From Fistulifera solaris (taxonomy: Eukaryota), in NCBI GenBank assembly GCA_030295235.1, contig AP026126.1, forward strand, positions 2,046,001 to 2,110,000: DNA of 64,000 nucleotides, given 5' to 3'. Shown here in pieces: positions 38,088 through 49,610 of the stretch. How positions within the stretch are numbered: the first letter of the stretch is position 1; each line of letters opens with the position of its first letter. A model generated the notes under the pieces. It ran no database searches. It was not told the DNA's origin and saw only the letters and a program-made list of their open reading frames with translations. Made by a program: the position numbers and the translations under genes.

Positions 38088-41000
38088 ATGACCACAATTA
38101 TGACGACTCATCTCCCTTTCACCAAAGACGCCACCATCATTACCCACGCCCCCAAATCAGCTAGTCCAGGGCATTTGCAGGAACGTGTAGATGCTTTAGA
38201 AAAACGTTTGCAGACGCTTCTCGACACGCGTTCTTCGACTCAGGTAAGTCGTTGCTACGCAGCACAAATAACATTTGTATCTTCGAATACATCTCAATTT
38301 CTTTCACGATTTTCTGTTCGACAGGCTTCAATTACACAGCGTCAAGATGAGCTCAGTAAACTGTTTCGAGAAAGTCCCAGTCGTCCCCAAGATTCACTCG
38401 AGCAGTTGAATGTTCGCATCACGTAGGTTGATTGATTTTATCATTCCATTTTTGCTTTGTAAAGCTTCCTTTTCATATTCGTTCTTTTTCGTTCTCCTTT
38501 GAAATCAGTGACTTGGAAAAGAACGCGTCCGCGTGAGCTTACCTTTAGCGCAAGAAAAGGACATTCTCAAACAGATTCACAAGTTGATGCGTCGTAAAGT
38601 CAAAGCACAAGCTTATATTCAGACTGAACGATCTATTCGGGTCAATAAGGTACGTTTGAAATGCTTCTTTTTTACCAGTACTCTACCGACTCATTGCAGG
38701 TGCCTTATTTTGCACTTCGATTGTCTCTATACAGAATCGAATCACGGAGTTACGCAATATACTACGCGAATGCAACGATGAGCTCAAAACGATTCGTTGG
38801 GAATTGGCTACAGTCAAAACGGCGAATCGATTGGGTTGTCCTGTAGAGGACTTGGTAGGACGTGCTGTTGCGTGTCCTACCGAAAAGTTGGGTCAAATCA
38901 TTGGAAAGAAAGGACGTCATTTGCAACAACTCTCTGCTAGTGCCGCCGTTCAAATGGAGGTCAACAAAAGTGAGGAAAAGAACGTCGTCCGCATGATCGG
39001 ACCACTTTCTTCGTTGGATGCTGCCGTAATGGATTTAGACAAAATCTTTCAACAAACGGAAGAAAAACTGGATGTCGATGAAAAGTTGCTCGAATATTTG
39101 ACCGCCAAAGGTGTAACGGCATTGCAAGAGATTCGGGCCAGTCATCCGGATATTCGTTTGGAGGCTTCGCGTGAAAAGGGAATCGTTTGTTGGGGAATCC
39201 CAGAGGATATTGCAGCCTTCCGAAAAGATTTGCCTGTCATTCAATCCGAAACGTTGATAGTCACCTCCAAAGAAGCCGCACTTGTGGTAGGAAAAAATGG
39301 AGCTACCATTGAGAGCATCGTTGAATCGCATCAAACTTCCATCCAAATGATTCGTGATGAAGTCAACACTACGATCAAGGTCACAGGTCCTTCTGGTCAC
39401 GTAGAATCTGCCATTCGAGACATCGAGGAGTTGCTGGCTGCCAATCGCGACGGCGCCTTGAGAGTGAACATACAAGTGCCGATCAAAAATGCACTTCTCT
39501 TGGAGAATGGAAAAGGAGTTCGTGATTTGACTGTACAGGTAAATAATCATCTCGAAGTGACCAGTGCAGTGACGCTGAATGTTGAGGACGGCGCATTAAT
39601 CGTCAAAGGTAAAGCGCGCATTTTGGAGGTAGCTATGGAAAAGGTTCAAGCAGAAGTGCGTTGTTTGGAGCAACTTATGGTGTCAATCCACGTAGATCCA
39701 ATTGCTATCCCCGTCTTCATTGGAAAGGGAGGTAGCGGTATCAAAGACTTGAAAGACGGAAAGCCTGTTACTATTGAGCTTGACAGAGAACAGGGTAAAA
39801 TCGACATTGCTGGATTAGAAGCGAGTTCTATCGAGTACGTCCGAGAACGAACCCAGGCATTAGCGAACACGCAATTGGTCGAACGGATTCAGACCGATCC
39901 TCCTTCTGCTTACAAAACATTAATGGGAGGCTTTATCCGTACACTGGCGAAAGATGTCACCAAATTGGTGTTCTTGAAGCTGGACGACGAGTCACAGCAG
40001 GTCATACTGAGAGGAAGCCGGGAAAAATTAGACGAGGCAAAGGCACTGATCAATCAATACTTTGCTCAGAATTACTCTCAAGAAATTGAAGTAACTAAGG
40101 ATGACATTCAGGCGTTGCTGACAGGAGGCAAGAACTCCAAGATTGTAGAGCTGGCAGAAAAGGCCGGTGTCAAACTTAATACATTACAAGATCGACAAAT
40201 AATCGCTGTTCGAGGAGAAAAAGAAAAGGTCGCTGACGCAATTCAGTCAGTGAAATCTTATCTCTACGGAGGAGAAGGCATCAGTCTAGCGAAAATTTCA
40301 ATCGATAAAAACACCATCGGACTTGTTATCGGAAAAGGAGGCAAGAACAAACAAGAGTTGGAGCAGAAGTATAAAGTCAGCATCATGATTCAGCGAAATG
40401 AGAATGTTCTGACGTTGCGCGGACAAGACGTCGACATCGAGGCCTGCCGTGCAGACATAATGAAGCAGATAGTGACGGCACGTGTGACAAAAACTCTCAA
40501 AGCTAAAGCTGAAGAACTCGAATCGCTGCGAAAGGCGGACGTTTTTCGCCGTATTATGCAGACCATACCTGTGCAATTATCGAACAAGGATGGCACCATC
40601 ACGGTTCGCGGTGTTCAAGATGATGTGAATGATGCGATAGCCACTTTGAACGAAGGGTTGGGCAAGTCGTATCGAATGAGATACCGTATAGACGGAATCT
40701 TATTCAGCCGCCTCCAGGAAGCTTGGAAAGATCCGGCACACGCAAAACGAATACAGGCATCTACCCATGCAAAGCTAGAGTTGATACAGAACACCTTATC
40801 ATTCACCGGAAGTCGAAAACAAGTAACTGATGCGAAGCGGGAAGCTTTGAAGTATTTCGAATTCCTGTTTGGCTCACAGTTCTGCCACTTAAGTGTCCCT
40901 TTCCCTAGCTTGCCAGGTCTGGGAAAATCGGGTGCTGTTATGAACACAATGGCTAGTTCTGGCTGTCAATTGTTCCTCGACAGAGACCTCTCTGCTGTTT

Positions 41001-42026
41001 TGTTTTTCTGTTCCGAAACCAATAAGCTAGAGATCGCACGAGAGGCGATCAAATTGCAAATTGATGAGGAAATCAAGCGGTTTTTTTGTTCTGGAGCTCG
41101 ACGACAGTGAAGAATGGATCGTATCTTTAGTCTTGGGAAAGAATGGAGACAACATCAAATCTTTACGCAGGGAAACCGGCTGTAAAATTGATGTCCACGA
41201 CCGTACCATCATTGTTTCGGCCGATCAGACCGATCTTGTTGTAGGTGCAAAAGCTAAGTTGGAGTCACTAGTTGAGAAAGCTCGCCGCGAATGTGTGTTT
41301 GTTGCGATTCCAGCTAAGCATATGCCTGCCTTTGTTGGGCGTAGCGGTGCAAACATAACCAAGTTTTCCACTGAGTATGGCGTTGCAATACAGATCATGA
41401 AAAAGGGAACCGACGAGGCCTCGGTTCGTGTAACCGGTGAAGGGGAAGCCGTATCAATTGCCCACGATGCTATTAGAGAGTGGATAGAGATGCGCGAAAC
41501 TCTTGGCGCCGTGAGAGAAGTCATCGGCACTCGCCAGACTAGCCGAAGAAAAGATAAGCCTTCAACCACTATAAAAGTGGAATCAAATCAGATTGCCAGA
41601 ATTATTGGGAAAAAAGGAGCAGTCATTCGCAGTCTGGAGAAGGAATTTGATTGTGAGATTAGAGTTGATCGAAAGATGAATACTGTGACAATATTTGCAG
41701 CACATCCCGAAAGTGTCACATTAAGAATTCAAAAGATTACGCAAGAAGTCCCTCCGAGTAAATCAAAGGGTCCTGAGAATCTAGACACAGACGATGCCGC
41801 TGGAGCTGATGAGCTCGCGCATCCTCAATCAGATCTCAAAATTACCGTTAAGCAGTCGGATTTTCTTACAATCGTTGGGGAATCTGGCGAAGAGAGCCAT
41901 TTACATGACTCGCTCGTAAAGGGAAACATTCTTACTTGGGCCGCTATTACCAAACCTTTTACTGGAACAGAATATGAGATATCCTTTGACGAAAAGGAGA
42001 ACGCATCTGCTGTAGAGGCATTATAA
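38088..42026 (+). CDS. Multi-KH domain RNA-binding protein (vigilin-like) with coiled-coil N-terminus; three 5' introns; frameshift near 41085
   Basis: Many KH GxxG loops: IIGKKG, VVGKNG, FIGKGG, VIGKGG, VLGKNG, FVGRSG, IIGKKG. Confidence 0.8.
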
Positions 42027-42176
42027 ATCGTTCGTTCGCAGGAGGAAAATCTTTACCATTTGTACTAGGAGCCCTGGTGTCCTACATACTTAGATGATTG
42101 AAAAGATAGAGATTAAATTGAGACCTTTTATTCTAAAACAATTAATGAGGGATCACTAGGCTTTTACACCCTAAGC

Positions 42177-44488
42177 TTATGCAAATTTGTACAGGTTCAC
42201 AACACCAATCTCACTGTCTGTTTTCCCCAACGTCCCAATACCGCCTAATGCAACAGTTAATCCATCCGTCGTTATTGCGACGGAAGTACCTAATCGAAGT
42301 CCATCGTATTCACCAACTATATTTGTGCCTTGCTGACAGAAGATTCCGGCATCTCGATAAACCTGTACAACACCGGCCGGGCTGGCACTGGTAAACGATC
42401 CCAGCGAATAGGGAGATCCGACCACTAAATGGCTTCCGTCCCCGCTAAGACTAACAATTTCTCCAAAGTCTTCATGATCTATGCCTACAATTGTGTCAAA
42501 TCTCAGCCAGTCGGCACCGTCAAAGTCATCAACAGTTACATATCCAGTATTTCCTGCAGCAGAAAGGGTTCCGATGGCTATTCTATCTCCAGCATTGTTG
42601 ATAGAAACCGAATTTCCGAAAGCATCGCCCTTGCTTGAAGGTGGAGGGAAAATGGAACTGCCTACCTGCACCCATTTATCTGTTTCATACTCAAAGACCA
42701 TAGCGTATTCTCCGCCCTTTGCTCCGACAACGATAATGCTTCCGTCTTCGTTAATGTCGACAGCTGAACAAATGATTTCGCCGAATTAGTATTGTTACAG
42801 GGAGAGGAAATGACATCACACGAACACGCTTACCTTCACCAAACAAGTCGCCGTCATTCCCTGTTAGTTTTTGTCCAACTTGCTCTAAAGCAGATTTAGC
42901 AGCGTTGGCGCGGAATACGTAAACAGAGTTGTTGTCGACGCCACTGGTGATTATCGTCGAGCCATCTGATGAAATAGCTACTTGCTGTCCGACGGCCTCC
43001 GTCAGAGCCTTGGTACTAATACTCGAGACAACAGTGGCGTCCTTCAAAAGAAAAGCTCGACATACTCATCGGCAGCAACGGCCAGAGCACTTCCATCACC
43101 CGAAATCGCTACAGCTGAGCCAAATCCGATGCTTGCAGCGCGATCTCCAGAGATCATTTCGTTGAAAGCAACAGTTCCGTTCGTAATGGTATAAGTATCA
43201 GCCAGGCCAGTGAGACTTCCATTTCCATCGCCTACGTCATAATTAGGACCACCAATAAGAAGCATAGATCCGTCGGTCGTCATGGAGACTCCTGCTCCGT
43301 AGTTGCCTCCAGCTTGGTCACCCACTATTGTTGATATTGATGTCCAGGTACCCTGTCCTAAACCAATGCAAGTTTTACTTCTTGTTGCTACTGGAAGAGA
43401 AGTCGGTGCTGGTGTCGACGACGACTCGTTTTCAGCAACATTTCCGTCTCCAATGCTGGACGGTTGCAGGGATGGTAGTTCCGATGTTGATGGAGCGCTG
43501 CTGATAGACGGAGCGCTGCTGATCGACGGAGCGCTGCTAATAGATGGTGCACTGGATGCATCAACAGCGGATGGGCCATCGGTAGTTTCTTCGGCGGCGG
43601 AGGGTGCGCCAGTGGTATCATCATCGACAGCCGATGGTGCACTAGTAGTCGCATCATCAACAGCGGATGGTGAATTCGTTGTCTCGTCATCGGCAGCTGA
43701 TGGAGCGACTGTCGTTTCCTCGTCGACGGCAGCTGACGGGGCATTGCTTGCATCTGCATCCACCGTATTTGAACTTGGAGCGTCGGATGCTACCACTATA
43801 TTTGAGCTTGGGGCTTGTGATGCTGTCGTCGTGCTTGAACTCGGAGCTTGCGATGCTTCAGCCGTGTTCGAGCTTGGAGCTTGGGATGTCGACGCGACTG
43901 GGGGTGACGTCTCAGATCCTGCTACTGGAGCTGTGGTAACGTCACCTGCGGTGGGTTGTGGAGAGGAAACCGGTTGAGGTGATATGGTAGGTGTTGTCGT
44001 TTCCTGGGAATTACTTGGAGCAATTGTAGCGCTCGGTGAAACCGTCTTTTGTCCTTTCTCACTCTTGCCCATTCCCATGGATCCCTTTCCCTTCCCTTTC
44101 CCTTTTCCTTTGCTCTTTTCGTTCTTGTCATGCCCCTTGCCTTTTCCTTTTCCTTTACCCTTTCCCTTGCTATGGCCGTCGTCACTGAAAAAGCCATGAC
44201 TATGATGGTGGCCCATCCCCATACCCATTTTGCCGGTGCCTTTGCCACTGCTAGCCCCTTGCCACTATGGCTAACTTTTCCTGGTTCTCGATAGGGGTCT
44301 TTATGGTGAAGGAGACTTAGCTTTTCCTCCCCGTGAGTAATGATTTCTTCCTGCACTGACTCGTGCTTCACATGCTGAAATCGCAGATTACGTTCTTCAT
44401 CTGCAAACAGTCCTCTGTCGTGTTGTTGTTGTCGTGCTGAGCTTAAGCCCAGAACGGAAAGGACGGCAATACTCACTCTCATCTTCAT
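42177..44488 (-). CDS. Secreted protein: RXL pro-sites, His/Lys/Gly-rich block, mucin-like APS repeats, C-terminal FG-GAP-like beta-propeller; intron ~42765-42833; frameshifts ~44230 and ~43047
   Basis: Signal MKMRVSIAVLSVLGLSSA, then RGL and RNL, KGKGKGKGKG blocks and (S/N)APS repeats. The propeller-like repeats are FGSAVAISGDG, FGNSVSINNAG, FGEIVSLSGDG and LGTSVAITTDG. Confidence 0.7.
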
Positions 44489-44885
44489 GGTTGAGGTGTA
44501 CGCGTTTTTTTGAACTCGAATGAAAGAAAAATGTGAAGAGCTCGTTTCTTTTTGACAGTCAACGGATGCAACAAATTCAAATTTTCGCGCAAATCGCCGT
44601 TGCATTCTGTTATGTACAAACGTTGTTTTTTTCTGTGCTGTCTGTGGTATAGTCAGTCATCGAAGTGGTACCCACCAGTGTCACATAGACATCTATACGG
44701 TAATGGAGTTCTGCAAGCCCAATTTTGATTCACAAGACTCCATCCAAATTCTAACGTACGAATTCACATTTTCCAAGTCGTTGACTTGTGATTACGATGT
44801 AGACCAACATCAACGTGTCCACGTCCTTGAAATCCAACACCCTGTTTCCAATTGGACAGGGTGACTACTGCGAAACTATTTCGAT

Positions 44886-45842
44886 TTAAACCGTTCTGGC
44901 TATAGCATTGCCTTTACCTTTCTCTTCTTCGGTAGCAGGTTCATTCCACTGAAAGGCTCGAAAATGATGATTTGTGGAAGGTAATGTATGTAAGGAGTAG
45001 TGCGTCAATGCACCCAATTGTGGAGACTTATCTACAAACAGGATACGCCTTACCCGACTGTGCAAAGCCGCCATTCCTTCATAAAGAGAAGGTTCTTGAC
45101 ATGTATATAGATCAAAGCCAGTACATAAATACGAACCCGCTGATTGCGTTCGCTCTCTTCGACTGACATTTTGAATTGCATAGATGATATCAGTTTGCAA
45201 GGGATTGTTCATTGTATTGTTAGTCGAGCTTTGTTGCAAGCGTCGCTCGATACTAGCCCTTCCAACTATAGTACCCGACGCAGGATCCAATATCAAAGTA
45301 TCCTTTTCCAATATAACTTGCTGAATAGTTTTCTCCATCAAGTTATTTTCGTGAGAAGTGAGGCGTCTAGCTTCTTGTTCTTGCTCGATGGCTAGGTAGC
45401 TGATTTTCTTAGTAGGCCACTGCTCATTCATTCGATTCCATTCATATTCCGAAATAGGGGGTCGTTTGGGAACTCTCACTCGTTTTACTGTGTATTGTTG
45501 TGAATGAAGTTCGATTACACTTTGACAATCCGAGTGTATTGTTCCTATGAGCACGAGTCTCTGTTCTGCCAATTTTTGACGTTTAAGAAGATCACCATCA
45601 TGACGTGAAGCGATAGGTAAACATTTCACTCGTTTTAAATGTTGCAATTCCGTGTCTTGTTGATTTTGCAATTGCTGAATGAGCGGGCCGCACAGTTTGG
45701 GTTCCACTTGTACCGCAAACGCTTCAACAAAGAGATCGTCATCAATGCCATCTTCGTCTTTCACGGATTTCTTTTCGATCCTTTCGTTTTGCGATTGCTT
45801 GTGCTTCGTAAAACGTTCTGGCAGTATCTCCATAAACGGCAT
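44886..45842 (-). CDS. TAD3: tRNA adenosine-34 deaminase non-catalytic subunit-like (ADAT3/Tad3)
   Basis: Motifs LQHLKRV, VPKRPP...W...WP, YLCTGFDLY..EP...MAALHSRVRRI and LHTLPSTNHHFRAF. Confidence 0.8.
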   Translation of the reverse strand: MPFMEILPERFTKHKQSQNERIEKKSVKDEDGIDDDLFVEAFAVQVEPKLCGPLIQQLQNQQDTELQHLKRVKCLPIASRHDGDLLKRQKLAEQRLVLIGTIHSDCQSVIELHSQQYTVKRVRVPKRPPISEYEWNRMNEQWPTKKISYLAIEQEQEARRLTSHENNLMEKTIQQVILEKDTLILDPASGTIVGRASIERRLQQSSTNNTMNNPLQTDIIYAIQNVSRRERTQSAGSYLCTGFDLYTCQEPSLYEGMAALHSRVRRILFVDKSPQLGALTHYSLHTLPSTNHHFRAFQWNEPATEEEKGKGNAIARTV

Positions 45843-45987
45843 ATTCTGTAGCAATAACTATTATTAAAACAAAGATAACCACGGAGTAAGAAAGAACACA
45901 GCCATATACAGCAACACCATAATTGATGTTTTTGCCATAGCGGAAAAGTTGACTGCGGTTTTGCAAAAATCGAAAAACGTGATGCTT

Positions 45988-46017
45988 CGTGACTCATGAC
46001 TCATGACTCATGACTCC
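45988..46017. promoter_or_regulatory. Tandem TGACTCA heptamer array in the TAD3/PNO1 divergent promoter
   Basis: Sequence reads CGTGACTCATGACTCATGACTCATGACTC; a regulatory function is inferred. Confidence 0.4.
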
Positions 46018-46216
46018 TCCTCAACTAGTACCGATTTTTTCGGGCGAATACCAGACCATAAGCGTTCGTCTCCATCCATGCATCCATCGCATCGCGCATC
46101 CACCGCTTTTCGAGTTGAAAAACGAAAAAATTGCTGGAAGCGCCGTTTTTCTTTCTTGGGTCTTTCATCTTCCAACCTCGAAGTAGCAGCAATAATAATA
46201 CACAAGTACGCCAACC

Positions 46217-47271
46217 ATGATGGAAGTAGAAAAACAAGACTATGATAGTATGGAAGCAGAGACGACAAATCTCGAGCTTTCGAATGCAGCAACAACAATT
46301 GACTCGTCGAATCGACCCTCTCGCATTTCACAATCCGTTTCGTTGCAGATGCAAGAAGGACACGACGAAGACGGTACAGAACAACCACATTTCCCCAAAT
46401 TAAATGCACTACAGTCCGCTGGAGGAAAGACGGAGTACCGTCGAGTCCGCTGTCCGCCTCATCGTTATACACCTCTTCGAGATCATTGGGAACAAATCCT
46501 GACTCCGTTGGTTGAATACTTGAAATTGCAGGTGCGTATGTGCGAGGCTCATACAAGAAAACCAAGAATGAAATCATCATCATCAACTCGCACGCGCTTC
46601 CAAAAGATGAACACAACTAATCGGTCTGATTTTCTCGGCGATTGTGTTGTTCTTGTAACATCAAAAACCCATTTTCGTTACAGGAAGCCTCAATCGTTGA
46701 AGATGACAAAGTCGCGGAGTATTTCGCTGTCTGATGGAAAATATCGTGTGTGTGTATGTGTGTGTGTCTCAGAAGTCACTTTTGCCTTGACGATAATGTC
46801 TCGTTTTCTCACACTTTTTCATCTTGATAGGTACGGTTCAATACTAAAACACGCAGTGTGGAAATGCGTACATCACCGCATACGATCGACACGGGTGCTT
46901 TGCAAAAAGGAGCAGATTTTGTTTCGGCATTCATGATGGGTTTTGAAGTACAAGATGCTGTGGCACTGTTACGTTTGGATGATTTGTACGTCGAATCATT
47001 CCAAGTCACGGATGTGAAACTCCTGCGCGGAGATCACTTGAGTCGTGCCATTGGTCGTATCGCAGGTCAAGACGGAAAGACACGATTTGCTATTGAGAAT
47101 GCCACACGAACCCGCATTGTTGTCGCCGATCAACGCATCCACTTGTTGGGTTCGTACGCCAATTTGCGTGTTGCACGAAATGCTATTTGTGATCTGATTT
47201 TGGGAGCTCCACCAGGAAAAGTATACAATAATATGCGCAATGTGGCCAAGCGAATGAGCGAGCGTTACTAA
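46217..47271 (+). CDS. PNO1: Pre-rRNA-processing KH protein PNO1/Dim2; intron 46532-46830
   Basis: RRVRCPPHRYTPLRDHWEQILTPLVEYLKLQ|VRFN..., GDHLSRAIGRIAGQDGKTRFAIENATRTRI and LILGAPPGKVY. Confidence 0.95.
46598..46739 (+). ncRNA. Candidate intronic box C/D snoRNA
   Basis: Terminal stem TTCCA/TGGAA; C-like AAGATGA at 46604, D' CTGA at 46626, C'-like AAGATGA at 46700, D CTGA at 46731; internal hairpin. Confidence 0.7.
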
Positions 47272-47809
47272 TCTCACTGTTTTTTTTTAACAAAAAATGA
47301 TATTCTTTTGCGGTCATAGGCGTTTGTTTTTTACTGTGGTGTTCGGGCTGGCCATTAGATAGATGATGATGATGATGATTCGTGTCGTGGTAGCCGAGCT
47401 TGAGATCGTGATCAAGTAAGGTTAAAGGCTACACTTCCTTGTCACGGTAGGCTGGGTGTTGGTCCGTGATCGTGATTTTCGTTCTGATCGTAATTTAGCA
47501 ACTTGGGATTCCGAAGGGCACGTTCTATAATTCACTAAGGATGACTGCAGTCGTCATCCATTCGTACTAACTAAAAAAAAGAATGATTGCAAAACTGTAC
47601 AAACCCTTGTCTCTGTGACAAGCAACAATACGAGTGATAAAATCTCAGATGCCGATGAGCGATGAGTACGAAAGGGTCATCGTAGACTTAAAGAAAAACA
47701 AAAACAACTTTCTTCTCAAAACAAAACATCCGCGCAATACAACATTGCGAAGAAACACTACAGAATCGATCATCCAATCTGTTATTTCCGACCAAAACTA
47801 ATTGCAATC

Positions 47810-49235
47810 ATGATGAAACGAATACTTGCTGTATGTACCGTTCTTTCTTTGCAAGCCGAGGCTGACATGAATCATCTGCGCCGCTTAGCGCCCGCATCGG
47901 AAAATGTTGCTTTATGCACAGATAATTGTGAAACAATAGTCAATTCACGTCAACTTCCTGAAGTGACATACTTTCCCGGAGACTTAACAGGAGGCTACCG
48001 TGCTGACTTGGGCTTAACATTGTCGAAAGGATTAAATGGAAAGAGATTAACAACGGGGGACAAGGCAGTTGTTTTAGCCAACGGTGGCGTCTCGTCCCAA
48101 TTGTTTCATACACATGCCGACGGTGCATGCACTATCCCTAAAAGTAATGGAGATGGTTGGTACTATGTCTCAAATAGCGAGGTGCGAGATGAAGTAGTTG
48201 CGTCTTCATTTACTTGTGGAAGACGACGACAATCCAACTCTGAGGGAATAGGAAACGGTGGTGTTGGTGCGATTGAGTTCAATGCAGCAGGTGAAGTGAT
48301 AGGATACGAGCGGCTCCTAACAAGAACGTCGGCTAATTGCGGCGGAGGTCTCACTTACTGGGGAACTTGGGTGTCATGCGAAGAAAATGACCAAAGTGGT
48401 AGACTCTACGAAGTCGACCCCAACACAGGATATACTCAGCGAATACAAGCGGTCGACCGTGGTGGAAACTACGAGTCCTTTGCCTATGACAATCAAGATC
48501 CGAACGTTCCGGCTCGCTTTTTCGTGGTATGTACATGAAGTTTGACAAGACAAACACAACAGTTTTTAGTACCATATCAGATATCTCACACCAGCCGTCA
48601 ATAAATATCACCTGAACTAGACGGAAGACATTGCAAACGGGGCTTTGATTCGATACACCCCCGCCGCCAATGCTTTCACCACGGGCAACAACTACGATAT
48701 TCTAAACAGTCCCGGTGGTACTTTTGAATATTTGGTTCTGAACGACAATGGTACCTATTCTTGGTCCACCGACCGGGGCGCCGGAGAACAATCTGCCGCT
48801 CGTTATTTCCCCAACACAGAAGGTATTGACGTTTTCAATCGTCAAATGTTCTTTGTGTCGAAAGCAACGAGAAATTTAATACAGGTGGATTTAAGTGGCG
48901 ACACGTTCTCCATAACGTCGACTTTGTCGGGTCAATTCAATCTTTACCCCGATCAACTCGGTCGCATCTTGGAGTCATCCGGCGGCAATAATGATGTGCT
49001 GTATTTCTGTGAAGATGGTGGCAGCAACTCGGATATTCACGGTAGGGATGCGTCTGGGAAGTATTTTACGATTGTGGAAGGAACAGATTTTGATACGGAG
49101 ACTACTGGGTTGGCCTTTTCACCAAATGCGATGTTTATGTATGTCGCGTTTCAAGACCCTTCTGCTATTTTTGCATTTTGGCGGGACGATGGCTTACCTT
49201 TCTCCGGGACTGTCGCTGGAATTAAGTATCATTGA
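47810..49235 (+). CDS. Secreted PhoX-like alkaline phosphatase (DUF839-like), paralog 1; intron 48527-48620
   Basis: Motifs ADG, YYVSNSE, NCGGGLTYWGTWVSCEE, YESFA, TED, EG, PDQL, CEDGG, ETTGLAFSP; signal peptide. Confidence 0.8.
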
Positions 49236-49610
49236 TTGTAAAAGAGTTAGCTCATAAAAGGTCTATCCGGAGCTCTAAAAGTTTGAATCATCATCGTCTT
49301 TTTGTACCTGGTACCAGGTACCTTGTAGCGTTTGAACGGTGACGCCCTTAGTCCGATGTCCGAGGACACAATTCTCTCGAAGAATGACCCTTTGTACACT
49401 TAAAGTACTAGTTTCCCCTGTCTAAAAAAATATCGATGACACGATCCCTGCTAGTTGTCGTGTGTCGTTGTTTGTTTTATGAAAACCGATTTTTACATCA
49501 CGTGCACTTTCTCATTTCTCCCCCAATAAAGCTTATAGTTACTCCATAACACGTGAAAGAGGTTAAGCATTCCATAAGTGGATCGAATCAAATCAACCGG
49601 CTCATGAATA

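Noticed and set aside
48182..48244. Possible in-frame intron in PhoX paralog 1 (insertion relative to paralog 2)
   Set aside because: The acceptor would be an atypical GAG; unresolved without cDNA.
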